Below, piece after piece: positions 1 to 11,548 of a stretch of DNA of 64,000 nt (its first letter is position 1; every line of letters begins with the position of its first letter). The DNA comes from Callorhinchus milii (Eukaryota). The stretch is taken from contig NW_024704743.1 in NCBI RefSeq assembly GCF_018977255.1, forward strand, positions 25,174,001 through 25,238,000. Direction: 5' to 3'. The notes below the pieces were generated by a model that did not search any database, was not told the origin of the DNA, and worked only from the letters and a program-made list of their open reading frames with translations. Both the position numbers and the translations under genes were made by a program.

Positions 1-398
1 CTGAATAAACTAGGGCTATATTCTCTAGAGTACAGAAGAATTAGGGGAGATCTTATTGAAACATATAATATTCTTAAAGGGCTGGATAAAGTAGACACTG
101 AGGGTTTGTTTACCCTGGTAGGAGAATCTATAACCAGGGGTCACAGTCTTAAAATTAAGGGTCAGCCTTTTAGAACAGAGTTGAGGAAACATTTCTTCAC
201 TCAGACTAATGCTCAGTCCTTGAACATCTTCAAGGCTGAGACTGATATATTTTTTAAAAAATAGAGAGATTAGGGGATATGGGGATAGGGCAGGTAATTA
301 GAGTTGGGTCAGAAGATCAGCCATGGTCTTATCGAATGGCGGGGCAGGCTCGAGGGGCCGAATAGCCCACTCCTGCTCCTAATTCTTATGTTCTTATG
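1..398 (+). mobile_element. CR1 LINE, 3' end (ORF2 C-terminus plus 3'UTR)
   Basis: Frame 1 reads LNKLGLYSLEYRRIRGDLIETYNILKGLDKVD, a CR1 ORF2 C-terminus. It ends in ...cctgctcctaattcttatgttcttatg, a short-repeat tail, and closely resembles the copy at 61865-63480. Confidence 0.93.
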
Positions 399-1246
399 AA
401 TGTGTGTTATAATAGTAATCCTTACAATTGATATAGTACCTTATCAGTCATCACACCATTTGATACATATCAAAGTGCTGCACAGGATATACTGTGACTG
501 TGTATTTTGTGGGTGAACGTGGTAGTCAATTTATCACATTTGCTATGTACAAGTTGGCTGCTTCAGTGAGTGACATCAGTTTTATTTGTTGGTTAGGACA
601 CCGTGATGTACAAAGAGGGATTTTTTTGTCCTTTTTGATTGTACTTTGATGTACTTTTACACCATTATGTACCCCCGTGGGCACTACTCCATACACATAC
701 TCTGGGGACAAAAAATAGTCAACGAGCAAAAGTTAATTTTCAAGATATGAGTTAGGAACTTCCACTGCCTAAGGTTCTGTGCTACAGGAATATTCATTTA
801 GAGTACAGTATAATGGCTCTTAATATGAGTACTGGCTTGAGGCAAAAACAGGCAGTAAATTGTGCTGAGTTTTAATTTCATGCTTGTGTTTGACATTGTG
901 AATATTCTGAAAAATCTTTCATATCAGGGAAGCCTGCATATCCAGGCAGAGTAAGCTACAACAACTGAGTCATTTGGCTTTAGTGTTTACAGGGTTCCCA
1001 AATGACAATGTGTAGTTTAAATGAATTAATTAATCGATGGCTGTCCTGTTTCAATCCTTGAGATTTAAAGATGGGTCACTTTAAGGGCAAGATAGAATGG
1101 CCCTTAAACAAGTGTACAAGTGTAACCTTGTACATTTTCAGATTACATTAAATGAGGCATGGTGTTCCTTATAGCTATCTAATAAGTCATTACATACTAC
1201 TGAGGGATTTCTCTTTGGCACCGTCTGCTCTCAGGATCATGCTCTA

Positions 1247-1380
1247 TAGAATCATAGAATTATACAGCACAGAAGGAGACCATTCGGCCCATCATGTCCG
1301 TGCTGGGTCTTTGAAAGAGCTATCCAAATTAATCCCATGTACCCTCTCTCTCCCCATAGCCCTGCAAATTTGTCCTCCCC
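1247..1380 (-). mobile_element. CR1 3'-terminal fragment
   Basis: atagaatcatagaa tail followed by cagcacagaaggagaccattcggcccatc, the reverse complement of a CR1 3'UTR. Confidence 0.75.
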
Positions 1381-1849
1381 AAACTAGGAAACTAGTTTGT
1401 TTCCTGTTTGTGCAAGAGGGAATAATTATGCAATAATTATCAAAATAATAAATTAACCCCCTCCCCTCCCCCCAAATACCCAGACGATAAACCAAGGGAA
1501 TGACAGGATTTCAGGCTAAACTATTCATTAGGTCAATTTCCAAAAGAATTTGGTTTGATGCTCTGTGTTTTAAACACTCCAATTGTTCCATTATTGACCT
1601 TGAGCTTGGTCCAAAGTCCTTAGATAAATGTTTGCTGGTGAGTGCTTTAGCTGGTAGTGTATTCTATGCATGTGTGTACACAGTGCACTCTATAAACTAT
1701 CAACTGCTTTTCTTTAAACAGCAGCATGGTAACTATTGATAGGAGAACTTCAGAGGGTCAACTATAGTACTCTTTTTGACATTGTGGAATTCTGTGCAAT
1801 AGTATTATAAGGCAGTATTGTAACCACAAGGAGTACCAGAGGCCAATAG

Positions 1850-2030
1850 GATAGACACATTTAAGTGGAAGCTAGATAAGTACATGAGGGAGAACGGAAT
1901 AGAAGGTTATGCTGATAGGCTTAGTTGAGGAAGGGCAGGAGGAGGCTCACGTGGAGCATAAATGCCGGCATAGACCAGTTGGGTCAAATGGTCTGTTTCG
2001 GTGCTGTACATTCTATGTAATTCTATGTAA
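1850..2030 (+). mobile_element. CR1 3'-terminal fragment
   Basis: FKWKLDKYM-like ORF2 end, then gggtcaaatggtctgtttcggtgctgtac and an (attctatgta)2 tail. Confidence 0.8.
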
Positions 2031-2499
2031 GGTTGCATTACAGCACCATCAACTGAATGTCTACAAAAAAAACTTGCTCAGGGCATCTAGAATCCATTAA
2101 ATCCCTATTTTTACTCTAATTGTATATACCTGGTAACATATACTGCTGCCTTGCATCTTTAATTCTGCATCCCTCAGCATGTGAGTCTGTACAGGCAGCA
2201 ATGACTTTGCCCTGTTGGCAGGAGCCAGCTGGATGCTATGATTGTCTTTGTCTAATTCCATAAAATCTGCTGTATTTACAAGGAGGTGTACATGGTAATT
2301 CACTGCTGGAACAAAACTCTTAAAACTACAGTACTTATTGTATAATGTGGTACACTGTGGCAAGATCTTTTTTCTGTGCCTTTTTCCCCCTACCACTCTT
2401 TCTTTCCTCTTCTAAATACGCCCAACTCTTTTCTGGTTCTTTCTTCTGGAGGTCAACTCCGTGGGTGCTCTCACCCAAAGGAAGGAATTACTATTCATG

Positions 2500-2720
2500 T
2501 CTGTGAGAATTTGGAGACCATTCAATGCAGGGGATTTGCAGCCAAGGTCAATCCTGTCCTTATCCAGGTGATAACCCTCCCCCTCACTAAACCCTATCCC
2601 GATTTTTCTCGCTTCCTATAGTGCTGAGTCCAGGGACCAGGTAACTCAGGTCATGGACTGAAATCTGCACCTCCCAATCTGCATGGCTTGGCTTAATGGG
2701 ATTCACTGAGTCATCAGATA
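2500..2720 (-). mobile_element. Old tRNA-derived SINE (third family), degenerate copy
   Basis: Shares atcctgtcct and cactgagtcatcag motifs with the copy at 55545-55820. Confidence 0.45.
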
Positions 2721-4796
2721 AAACTCCTGTGTCTATTTAGCAATTGTACACGACATACTCTCAATAATATGTATTAGGTAATGGTTGAGAATTTATTGTT
2801 GGGATGGAGGGGGAAGAAGAAATTTATACAATGGTTCAGCAATTCCAGTTGAAAATATCTTCCGCCTTCCCCCCGTTTCCTGTTTTTCCTTTCTTCCTCT
2901 GCATAACCAGTAGCGAAGGAAAACATGAGGGGTGGGGGAGCGAGAAGGGGACCACGGACTAGAACAAGACTTGTACAGTACTGATGTTTCCTCCTTACAT
3001 GGCAACATTTGTAAAAAGCATTAACCTGTGTTGTAAAGCATCACAAAAATTGCCACCAATATTGTACTCGCTGTACACATTCACCAATTCCACTTGTAAA
3101 CCATGTAGTTCTGAACATGATTTTCTGCATGAAGAACTGTACAGCATGGCTTTGGTAGTTGAAAGTATATTTAATAGCACACTTTTATACTTACAAATAT
3201 CAAAATATTGACTCAAATGTCAAGCTGACTCACACAGGGCTAGCCAGTGTATTGAATGCTGAGAGAACAAAGTTTCTATACTATGATTGCCGTTGTCCTC
3301 TGGACCTCACCGACTGCTGAAGGGAAATGTTCATGTTAATTTTGAAGTTGAACATTATCCTAGATTTTTGTTCTTAATAAACAGGGATTTGGTCTTAATT
3401 CACGCGCAGGTTATTGCTGCATTATATTTAGAATTTAATGCAGCTTTCTCCTTATGTTTGTGTTGTGTTGCTAAATAACACTGCTTTGATTTTATTCAAT
3501 TATTTTTGCAAGGGATCTTTTGGTACAAAATTCTTCTGTAATTGGTGGGTGAAAATTTTGGATTAGGAGACGTTCCGGGAAGGGAAAAGATGAACATAGT
3601 ACCAGTCTGACGTGGGATCCATCAATGGAAGCTGTTTTTAACCCCACGTTTTTAAGAGATTGAATAGTTCATCAGAGAATTGGAAAAATATGAAACGATG
3701 TGAAGGTTTTAGAGGCATGATCCATTTTAGCTGTGTTTTGGAATGTAGCCCAGACCATGTGGCTACAGTAGGCAGCTGGCACATCATTTAGGGACACGGT
3801 TCCTTGACTGAGTAATGCTGTGCAGTGTTGTGAGAAATGTACTTGTATTCTATATCACAGTGTTGCATCGTAGCTTGGAGAAAAATGTTAAGCTATGGGG
3901 AAGTATTTTATTAGCTGTGCAATTGCAGAAGACTAACAGTTTTGCACAAGAAGTACCAAATAAAGTGGTGACCGACATTCTTGCAATTCAGGATGGTGGC
4001 TTTACCTCCATTGTACCCTTTTGAATGGGCAATCTGGGTGGACCAAATGGCCTGTGACTGTCTTGAAATAGTTACTTTGAGGGTTTTAACTCCTGAGAAT
4101 TGCAAAAGGATTTGTAACTAGCATGTTCCAGATGTGCTTCTCTGGCAGGAGTTCCCAGGGTCATCGGCGACAGATCTGAGATTTGCTATTTGCAAATTCT
4201 GCAATTTTAAACCTCTTACACTATATTACACACCCACTGTTCATGTCTCGCTATGAAAAGTCAACAGGAGCAGTTTATAACTAAAACCCCAGGAGGTGGA
4301 CTCTGAAAGATTTACAATTGCTGGAAATGTAACTGATGATCAATAGTTAATTATTATATGGTAAATAAGACAGTCAAGTTGTCCCAACGTTATAAATGAT
4401 TAACTTATAGGTGGCGAGGGGACGAAACATAACCAACAGCTGAAACATTTATAGTCCGTCATATTAATGTTTAACTTTTTGGTTACTAAAACGTCCCTTT
4501 TTGGCTGTGAATCATTGTTGAGCACCGTCCTTCGATTGGTTTACTTAGCTCAGGGAAGTGAGGAACTGAGATTTCTCTCAGGCTCTGATGTTTATCCAGT
4601 GAAACCTCCGGGATGTCTGTCTAGCCTGCTACGTGTCCTGGCCACTCCTGTCCAGACCCGATGGGCCAAATGGCCTTCTTCTGTGCTGTAAATTTCTCGG
4701 ATAGTTATATTCTGCTGATGACTTCTCCTTAAGCCAAGTGATCTGTCTGTGTGTTTGTGAGTATGTGTGTGCTTTGCAAGAGGAGAGGCCATACTT

Positions 4797-5087
4797 GGAG
4801 TCCTGTAGCTCAGTGATTAGAGCATTAGTTTTGCAAGCGAGAGACTTGGGTTTGATTCCCAGCAAGGCAAAACCCTTGGGCAAGTTTCCTTACTCCACAC
4901 GCCTGATAATAATCTCTCAAAAAATAAAACAGCAATAATAATTTGGTCACTCAATCCATGACTGTTTGGCTGCCGTGTTTCACCCATAAAATATAGTCAA
5001 TTCACTTTACAGTATATTATGTGAAGCGCTTTGAGACGTCCAGAAGATGTGAAAAGTACTATATCAAGCAAGGATTATTATTATTAC
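4797..5087 (+). mobile_element. tRNA-derived SINE family A (internally deleted copy)
   Basis: A-box-like tagctcagtgattag and B-box-like ggtttgattcc, body ccttgggcaagtttccttactccacac, and an L2-like tail gaagcgctttgagacgtc...caaggattattattatt. Confidence 0.85.
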
Positions 5088-5819
5088 TTGTATGATACAG
5101 AAATGGGAAATGAGAGTGAAAAGCAAGGAGGAGGAAAAAAAACTTGAAAACATTTTGAAGTGATTAAAGAGGATGCTTCAAATCAGTCTCCAGCTGGGTT
5201 TAATAAAATAAAACTTGGGGTTATTTGAATGGGTAAATTACAAGCAAAGTACTTTGGATTGGAAAATGTATTATGCCGATGGCTTTAAATGTTTAAACTT
5301 TATCTTCATTAAATGTATATCTTCATTAAGTCTGTTAACTCTGGCAGTTTAGAACTATATATCTTTGTGAAGTGAGTTTGGTAGTGTAGAAATGATAGGT
5401 AAAATCCATCAGCAGAATAATTAGTAGGTGTGAGGGGGTAATTATTAACACCGTGGCAAGGTTAATAAGCAGGAGTACAGGTTTTCAGGCCTCAGGACTG
5501 TTGTAAGAACTTAAAAATATACAATTGGTTCCATGTACTTTATCCTTTTACCTCATCTATTGCATAAGAGCACCAAACAGTAGCTCAGTAATAAAAATGC
5601 TGGACACCTGCAATTGCGCTCTGCGTCACTGGTGTCTTAACACATTTCTTCTCCTAATAGGTGCTTACGGGCACGGCTTCTTTATTGTTTTGTTTCTTTG
5701 CAGATGAAATGGAAGTATAACAACATTGAATTTGGTATAAAATAGCCTGAACCTGTCTTGACTTCCTCGGAACTAGATACTCTAGTTTATTTGTGGAGTT
5801 GCAGCACTGTTGGATTTGT

Positions 5820-6490
5820 CGCTTGGTAACTTGACTTAGTTGGTAGCAATGTCACTTCTAGATTGGAAGGTTGCAATCTAAAAGCCATACTTTGGGTTTG
5901 AAGTTATAGCCCAAGCTGACACGTCAGTGGGAGAGTGCTCCATTTTCAGCAATGCTATCCTTCGGATCAGCTATCCTGCTCTCTGGAACTCCCAACTCAT
6001 AGCTCCCAACCCTACTTTCAAACGTACCTCTTTGACTGTGCTTTGGGTCATCTTTGCCTTGCCTACCCACTTGAGCTCCCACTCCCCAGCTCCGGTGCCC
6101 AGCCACTGGTGCTTTGAGATGTCCTCCCAACATGAAAGAAAACATATAAATGTAAATTTTGTTGTATAGCTATTAAACTGAGGTCTGTCTGTTCTTCAAG
6201 TAGATGTTAAAGATTCTGTTACTATTCAATAGTTTCCTAGCCACCAAAATCTCCAGATTAATTGGTCATTCACTTCTTGGTGATTTGTCAAATTAATAGC
6301 CATTAAATTCCCTGATTATGTAATATGATACTATGGTTATTATTTTTAATAATTATTGTTGTACTTTTTAATGGCAATAAAATATATACATAATAAATGC
6401 ACAGTCAATCCACTTTACATTGTATTCTCTGAAGCGCTTTGAGACATCTCAACGATGCGATAAGGCGTTATATCAAATGAAAGGATGATG
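5820..6490 (+). mobile_element. Deu-domain SINE interrupted by an L2 3' fragment (~5970-6170)
   Basis: tRNA-like head. The Deu core ccttcggat|...|ttaaactgaggtctgtctg is split by an L2 3' end, followed by the shared tail. Confidence 0.7.
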
Positions 6491-6609
6491 ATGATGTGTC
6501 TGTTTTTTGTCTTTGTGAAGTGAGTTTGGTAGTGTTCTGATCTGAATGATAACGTCCACTATTCTGCATGTAATACAAATGCGCACTTGAAAGGTACGCG
6601 CTATCATCT

Positions 6610-7005
6610 TAATAATGATTCTTATATTTGGTATAGCATCCTTTAAGTTAGGAAGATGTCTCAATGCACAGTGGAGTGACTGTGTGTTTTGTAGGCAAAT
6701 GCACACAGAAATGTTCCACAAACAGCTATGAAGTGTGACCACTTTGGGGGAGATTCTTAGTCAAGACCCTGGGAGAAACTCCTTTCTCTTATCTAATAGT
6801 GTCATGGGATCTTTAATGTCCACTTGAACAGGCAGATAGGACGTCAGTTTAATGACTCATCTGAAGAACAGCACCTCCAACAATACGGCACACACCCAGC
6901 ACTGTAGTGGAGGGCCAGTTCAGACTATGAGTTCTGCATCCCGACATGCGACTTGAACCCATAACCTCCTGACTCAGTGTGCTACCACCTGAGCCAGGCT
7001 GACAC
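6610..7005 (-). mobile_element. Deu-domain tRNA SINE (SacSINE1/AmnSINE1-related), near full length
   Basis: The reverse strand reads gtgtcagcctggctcaggtggtagcac...ggttcaagtc (A/B boxes), then the Deu-like core cagatgag...taaactgacgtcctatctgcctgttcaagtggacattaaagatcccatgac. Confidence 0.8.
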
Positions 7006-7096
7006 TCGTCTTGCACAGCATGGTTACAGTAAATTGTACCCAAGCAACACAGAATATTCCGTACGGACTTTATCCATCTCTGCAACCATAACAAAG

Positions 7097-7300
7097 ATTT
7101 CCTGTGGCGAATTGGTGAGAGCACTTGCCTTGCACGCGAGAGGATTCCAAGGGTTCGATTCCAGGGCAGGGCGAAACCTTAGGCAAGTTTCCTTATTCCG
7201 CATGCCTCTGTTTACCTAGCAGTAAGTAGGAACCCGGTTGTTAGTCAATTGGCAGATTGTTTTTCCGGGGGTAATAATGCTTTCAAAATAATAATAGACC
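7097..7300 (+). mobile_element. SINE family A, 5' half
   Basis: tggcgaattggtgagagcacttgccttgcacgcgagagg...ggttcgattcc, then gtttacctagcagtaagtaggaacccggttgttagtc. Confidence 0.8.
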
Positions 7301-8335
7301 CAATATTATCTATTAATGAGGTGCAGTTTGTTCTCGCCTCACAGTGAGAATAGGGTTTTGAGTGAGTAGAGAAGTTCAGAGTTCACTTTAATAAACTCCT
7401 ACACGATGGATGACATTGTTTGACCCTGAATAGCTCCAGAATTGTGCACTGGATAAGTACACGGATTGACCGTCTCTTCTGTTAAAATGAAAGCTTTCCA
7501 TCAATTGATGCTGTAGCAGCATTCCTCTGTGGGCCACTGCAGATTGCACTCCAGAGGATGGAAGTCTTAGTCGTGGATTGGCAAGGGTTTGAAAGATTAC
7601 AGTCTAGGTCAACCAGTTGTCCCAGTTACTCAAACATCTGCTAGCTGCTACAGAACTCTTCATCTGTGCCCTTGTACTTTGGCATTTGTGATCGATGCTG
7701 CCGCCTGATAGAAAGCCAAGTACACTTTAACTCCTGTGAATAGGAGAACAGGGTGTTTTATCAGACACTGACCAGTAGTTCTGTGGTCTAATTGCAGATA
7801 CTGACAGAACATCCTTTCATAAAGACCCAGGAAAAAGAGATGCTGGAAATTTAATTGGTATCTTGTGACTGACTCGCCACTTCACTGTTTGGCATTCCCT
7901 GGTAAACACTGAGATCACTGTTGTAAGCTTTGAAAGCAAATCTTGGACATGTTTCCACATGACCGTTTCTACCACAACAGCTGCTGCCAGCTGAAGAAAA
8001 CATACACTAAAGAAGCTGCAAAGCTACTGACCTTATTTCACCATGTCTGTTTCAAGGGTAGCAGTTTATGCAGCATTTTTCTCCCACATATGAGGCTGGC
8101 TCAGTAAGCAAAGTCTTTCATTGTGAAGGGGAGTAAGTTTTTCAGGGATAGTAGACCTGGGGGAAGTTAATAATAATTCTTGCATTTGATATAATGCCTT
8201 ATCACATCTTTGAGACGTCTCAAAGCGCCTCACAGAACATACTGTAACGTGAATTGACTGTATATCTTGTGGGCGAAATGCGCAATTACTAAAAATTGTT
8301 CTTAGTTCGAAAATTGTTCTTTGTTCTTAGAGGGT

Positions 8336-11300
8336 TCAGAAGGAGAGTGAGTGGGTGACCAGCTGACATGGTAGGAAGAGAGGATGGGCAGTGCAGAAAT
8401 CCTGTGAGAGTGTGGCACTCACAAATCGGTTCTCTGTACTAAATACCGGTCGGGTGATGATACCCCTTGAGAGGGGAGTCAAAAGCAAATGGATGCACAG
8501 AGGGACACAGGGAAGAGTGTCAATGCAATTGTCGTTGGGGACACAATGGTGAAAGGAGAAGATAGGCATTTCTGCATCCAAAGATGTGACTCTCGCATGG
8601 TATGTTGCTTCCCTGGTGCCAGGGTTGAAGACATCACGGAATGGGTGCAAAACACTCTACAGGGGAAAGGGGAACATCCAGAAGTTGTGGTCCATGTTGA
8701 GATCCATGATATAGGGAAAAAAAGGGCTGAGATCCTACAGGGAGAGTATCAGAAGCTAGATAAAAAGCTAAAACGTAGGATCTCAAAGATGGTGATCTCT
8801 GGATTACACCCAGTGCCTCATGCAAGTGAGTATCAAAACAGCAGGATCAAGTTGCTACATGGAGCTATGATGTAGTGCAATAACAGAGACCTGGCTCAAA
8901 TAAGGCCAGGAATGAGTGCTGAATATTCCTGGCTACATTGTATTCAGGAGGAATAGGGAAGAAAAAAAAGGAAGGGGGGTGGTAATATTGATTAAAGACA
9001 CGGTTACGGCCCTGGAAAGGGACGATGTACTAGAGGGTCCAAAAACAGAATCTATTTAGTTAGACTTAAGCAGCCGTAAAGGAGCTGCTACTCTGTTAGG
9101 AGTATACTATAGACCACCAAATAGTGGGAAGGAGATAAACGAGCAAATCTGGAAGCAGATTTCGGAAAGATGCAAAACCAATAGAGTAGTGATAATGGGG
9201 GACTTCAATTATCCTAACATGGACTGGCAAAATAACAGTGGAAAGGTGAAGGATTCCTGAAATGTGTGCAGAATAACTTTCTGGATCAGTATGTTTCCAG
9301 CCCAACGAGGAAGGAAGCAATGCTGGATCTAGTTACGGGGAAAGAAGTGGGGCAAGTGGAACAGGTTTCAATAGAAGAGCATATGGACAACAGTGATCAC
9401 AACATGATTAGGTTTAGAGTACTCCTCTAGAGCTAATTTCAATGTGTTAACAAGGCACTTAGCCAAGGTGGACTGGAAAGAAAGATTGGCAGGTAAAACA
9501 ATTAACGAGCAATGGGAAGCCTTCAAGGAGGAGATAGTTTGGGGACAGAACAAATACATTCCCACAAAGTGGAAAAGTAGGGCATCCAAACCTCCCTGGA
9601 TGAATAAGGAAATTGGGATTAAAATAAAACAGAAAAAGGAGGCTTACGATAAATGCAAGGTCCAAAATACAGAAAATAATCAAATAAAATATAGAAAGTA
9701 CAGAGGAGAACTGAAAGGGGAAATAAGAGGGGCAAAGAGATTTTTATGAGAAAAGATTAGAGGGTAACATAAAAGGGAATCGTAAGGTATTTTGTAAGCA
9801 TATAAAGAATAAAAGGTAGTCAAGGGTAGGGTGGGTTCAATTGGGCACCAAAGAGGAATTCTTCTTGTGGAGGCAGAGGGCATGGCTGATGTATCGAATG
9901 AGTACTTTACATCTGTCTTCACAAAAGAAGAGGATGCAGCCAATGCCACAGAATTGAAGGAGAGGATAGAGAAATTGGATAAGATAAGAATAAACCATGA
10001 GGAGGTACTAAAAAGGTTGTCGGTGTTCAGGGTAGATAAGTCACCCGGTCCAAACAGGTTACTGAAGGAAGTAAGTGTGGAAATAACAGAGGCTCTGGGC
10101 ACAATCATTCAATCCTCCTTGGACACCAAGATGGTGCCAAAGGACTGGAGGGTTGCAAATATTACCCCCTATACAAAAAGGGGCAGAAGGATAAACCTGG
10201 GAACTACAGACCAGTCAGCCTAAAGTCAGTAGTGGGGAAATTTCTAGATACTATAATCTGGGACAAAATTAATTTTCACTTAGAAAAATATGGGTTAATA
10301 AAGGACAGTCAACACGGATTTGTTAAAGGCAAATCTTGTTTTAACAAACCTGATAGAGTTTTTTGATAAAGTAACAAAGAGTGTGGATGAAGGTTGTGCA
10401 GTTGATGTAGTTTATATGGATTTTCAAAGGTGTTTGATAAAGTACCAATTAAGAGACTTGTAAGCAAAATAGAAACCCACGGATACACAATTGGCTGGGA
10501 GACAGAAAGCAAAGTGGTGGTGAACGATTGATTTTCTAGCTGGAGTGAAGTGTGCAGTGGTGTCCCCCAGAGGTCAGTATTGTGACCACTGCTGTTTTCA
10601 TCTATATAAATGACCTGGACTTGGGTACAGGGAGTACAATTTCCAAGTTGCAGATGATACTAAGATAGGAAAAGTAGTAAACAGTGAGGAGGATAGTAGC
10701 AGACTGCAAATGGACATAGACAGACTGATAAAATGGGCAGACATGTGGCAGATGAAGTTTAATGTGGAGAAATGCAAAGTGATGCATTTTAGGAGGAAGA
10801 ATGAGGAGAGGCAATATAAACTGATGGTACAATTTAAAAGGGGATGAAGGAACAGAGAGACCTGGGGATTCATATAAGTAAATGTTTGAAGGTGGCAGGA
10901 TAGGTAGATAAAGCTGTTAAAAAAGCACACGGGCTACAGCTTTATAAATAGGGACATAGAATGCAAAAGTCAGGAAGTTATGATGAACCTTTATCTGGTT
11001 AGGCCTCAGCTAGAGTACTGTGTTCAGCTCTGGGCACCACACTTTAAGAAGGATGTCAAGGCTTTGGAGAGGGTGCAAAGGAGATTTACCAGGATGGTTC
11101 CAGGAATGAGGGACTTTAGTTCTCAGGAGAGGCTAGAGAAGCTAGGATTATTCTCCTGGAGCAGAGAAGGTTAAGAGGAGACTTAATAGGTTTTCAAAAT
11201 TATGAGTGTATTCGATAGAGTGAACAAGGAGAAACTATTTCTACTAGCGAGTGGATCGGAACCCGAGGACACAAGTTGTTAAAAGAAACAGAGGGAAGGT

Positions 11301-11548
11301 AAGGAGAAATTTTTTCAAACAGCGAGTTGTTCGGATCTGGAATGCATTGCATGAAAGGGTGGTGGAAGTCGATTCGATAACAACTTTTAAGAGAGGAATA
11401 GATAATTATTTGGGGAAGACAAGTTTGCAGGGTTATGGAGAGAGAACGGGGGAGTGGGATTGAATTGGATAGCACTTTTCAAAGAGCCGGCACAGAAATG
11501 AAGCACTCTTACCTGTCTGTGCTGTAAAATTTTTTGATTCTATGATTC
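8336..11548 (+). mobile_element. Decayed CR1 LINE with ORF1 esterase, APE endonuclease and RT remnants
   Basis: ORF1 motifs NRFSVL and IVVGDTMV...CCFPGARV. ORF2 motifs ITETWL, YYRPP, VIMGDFNYP, FTSVFTKE, DKSPGP, VPKDWRVANITP, QHGFVKGKSC, RPQLEYCVQLWAPH. Many stops and frameshifts; gattctatgattc tail. Confidence 0.95.
8489..8860 (+). pseudogene. CR1 ORF1 SGNH-esterase domain remnant
   Basis: ORF 8489..8875 reads AIVVGDTMVKG...MVCCFPGARVEDI...VVVHVEIHDI, matching GDS and HVGTND blocks in degenerate form. Confidence 0.8.

Noticed and set aside
4797..4870. tRNA gene (also the heads at 7097, 37480 and 43455)
   Set aside because: Each continues into the same SINE body and lacks a proper acceptor stem, so these are SINE heads rather than tRNAs.
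5703..5720. DEMEV as part of the ZNRF zinc-finger exon
   Set aside because: It is followed immediately by TAA and lacks the CPxC and H..C context.
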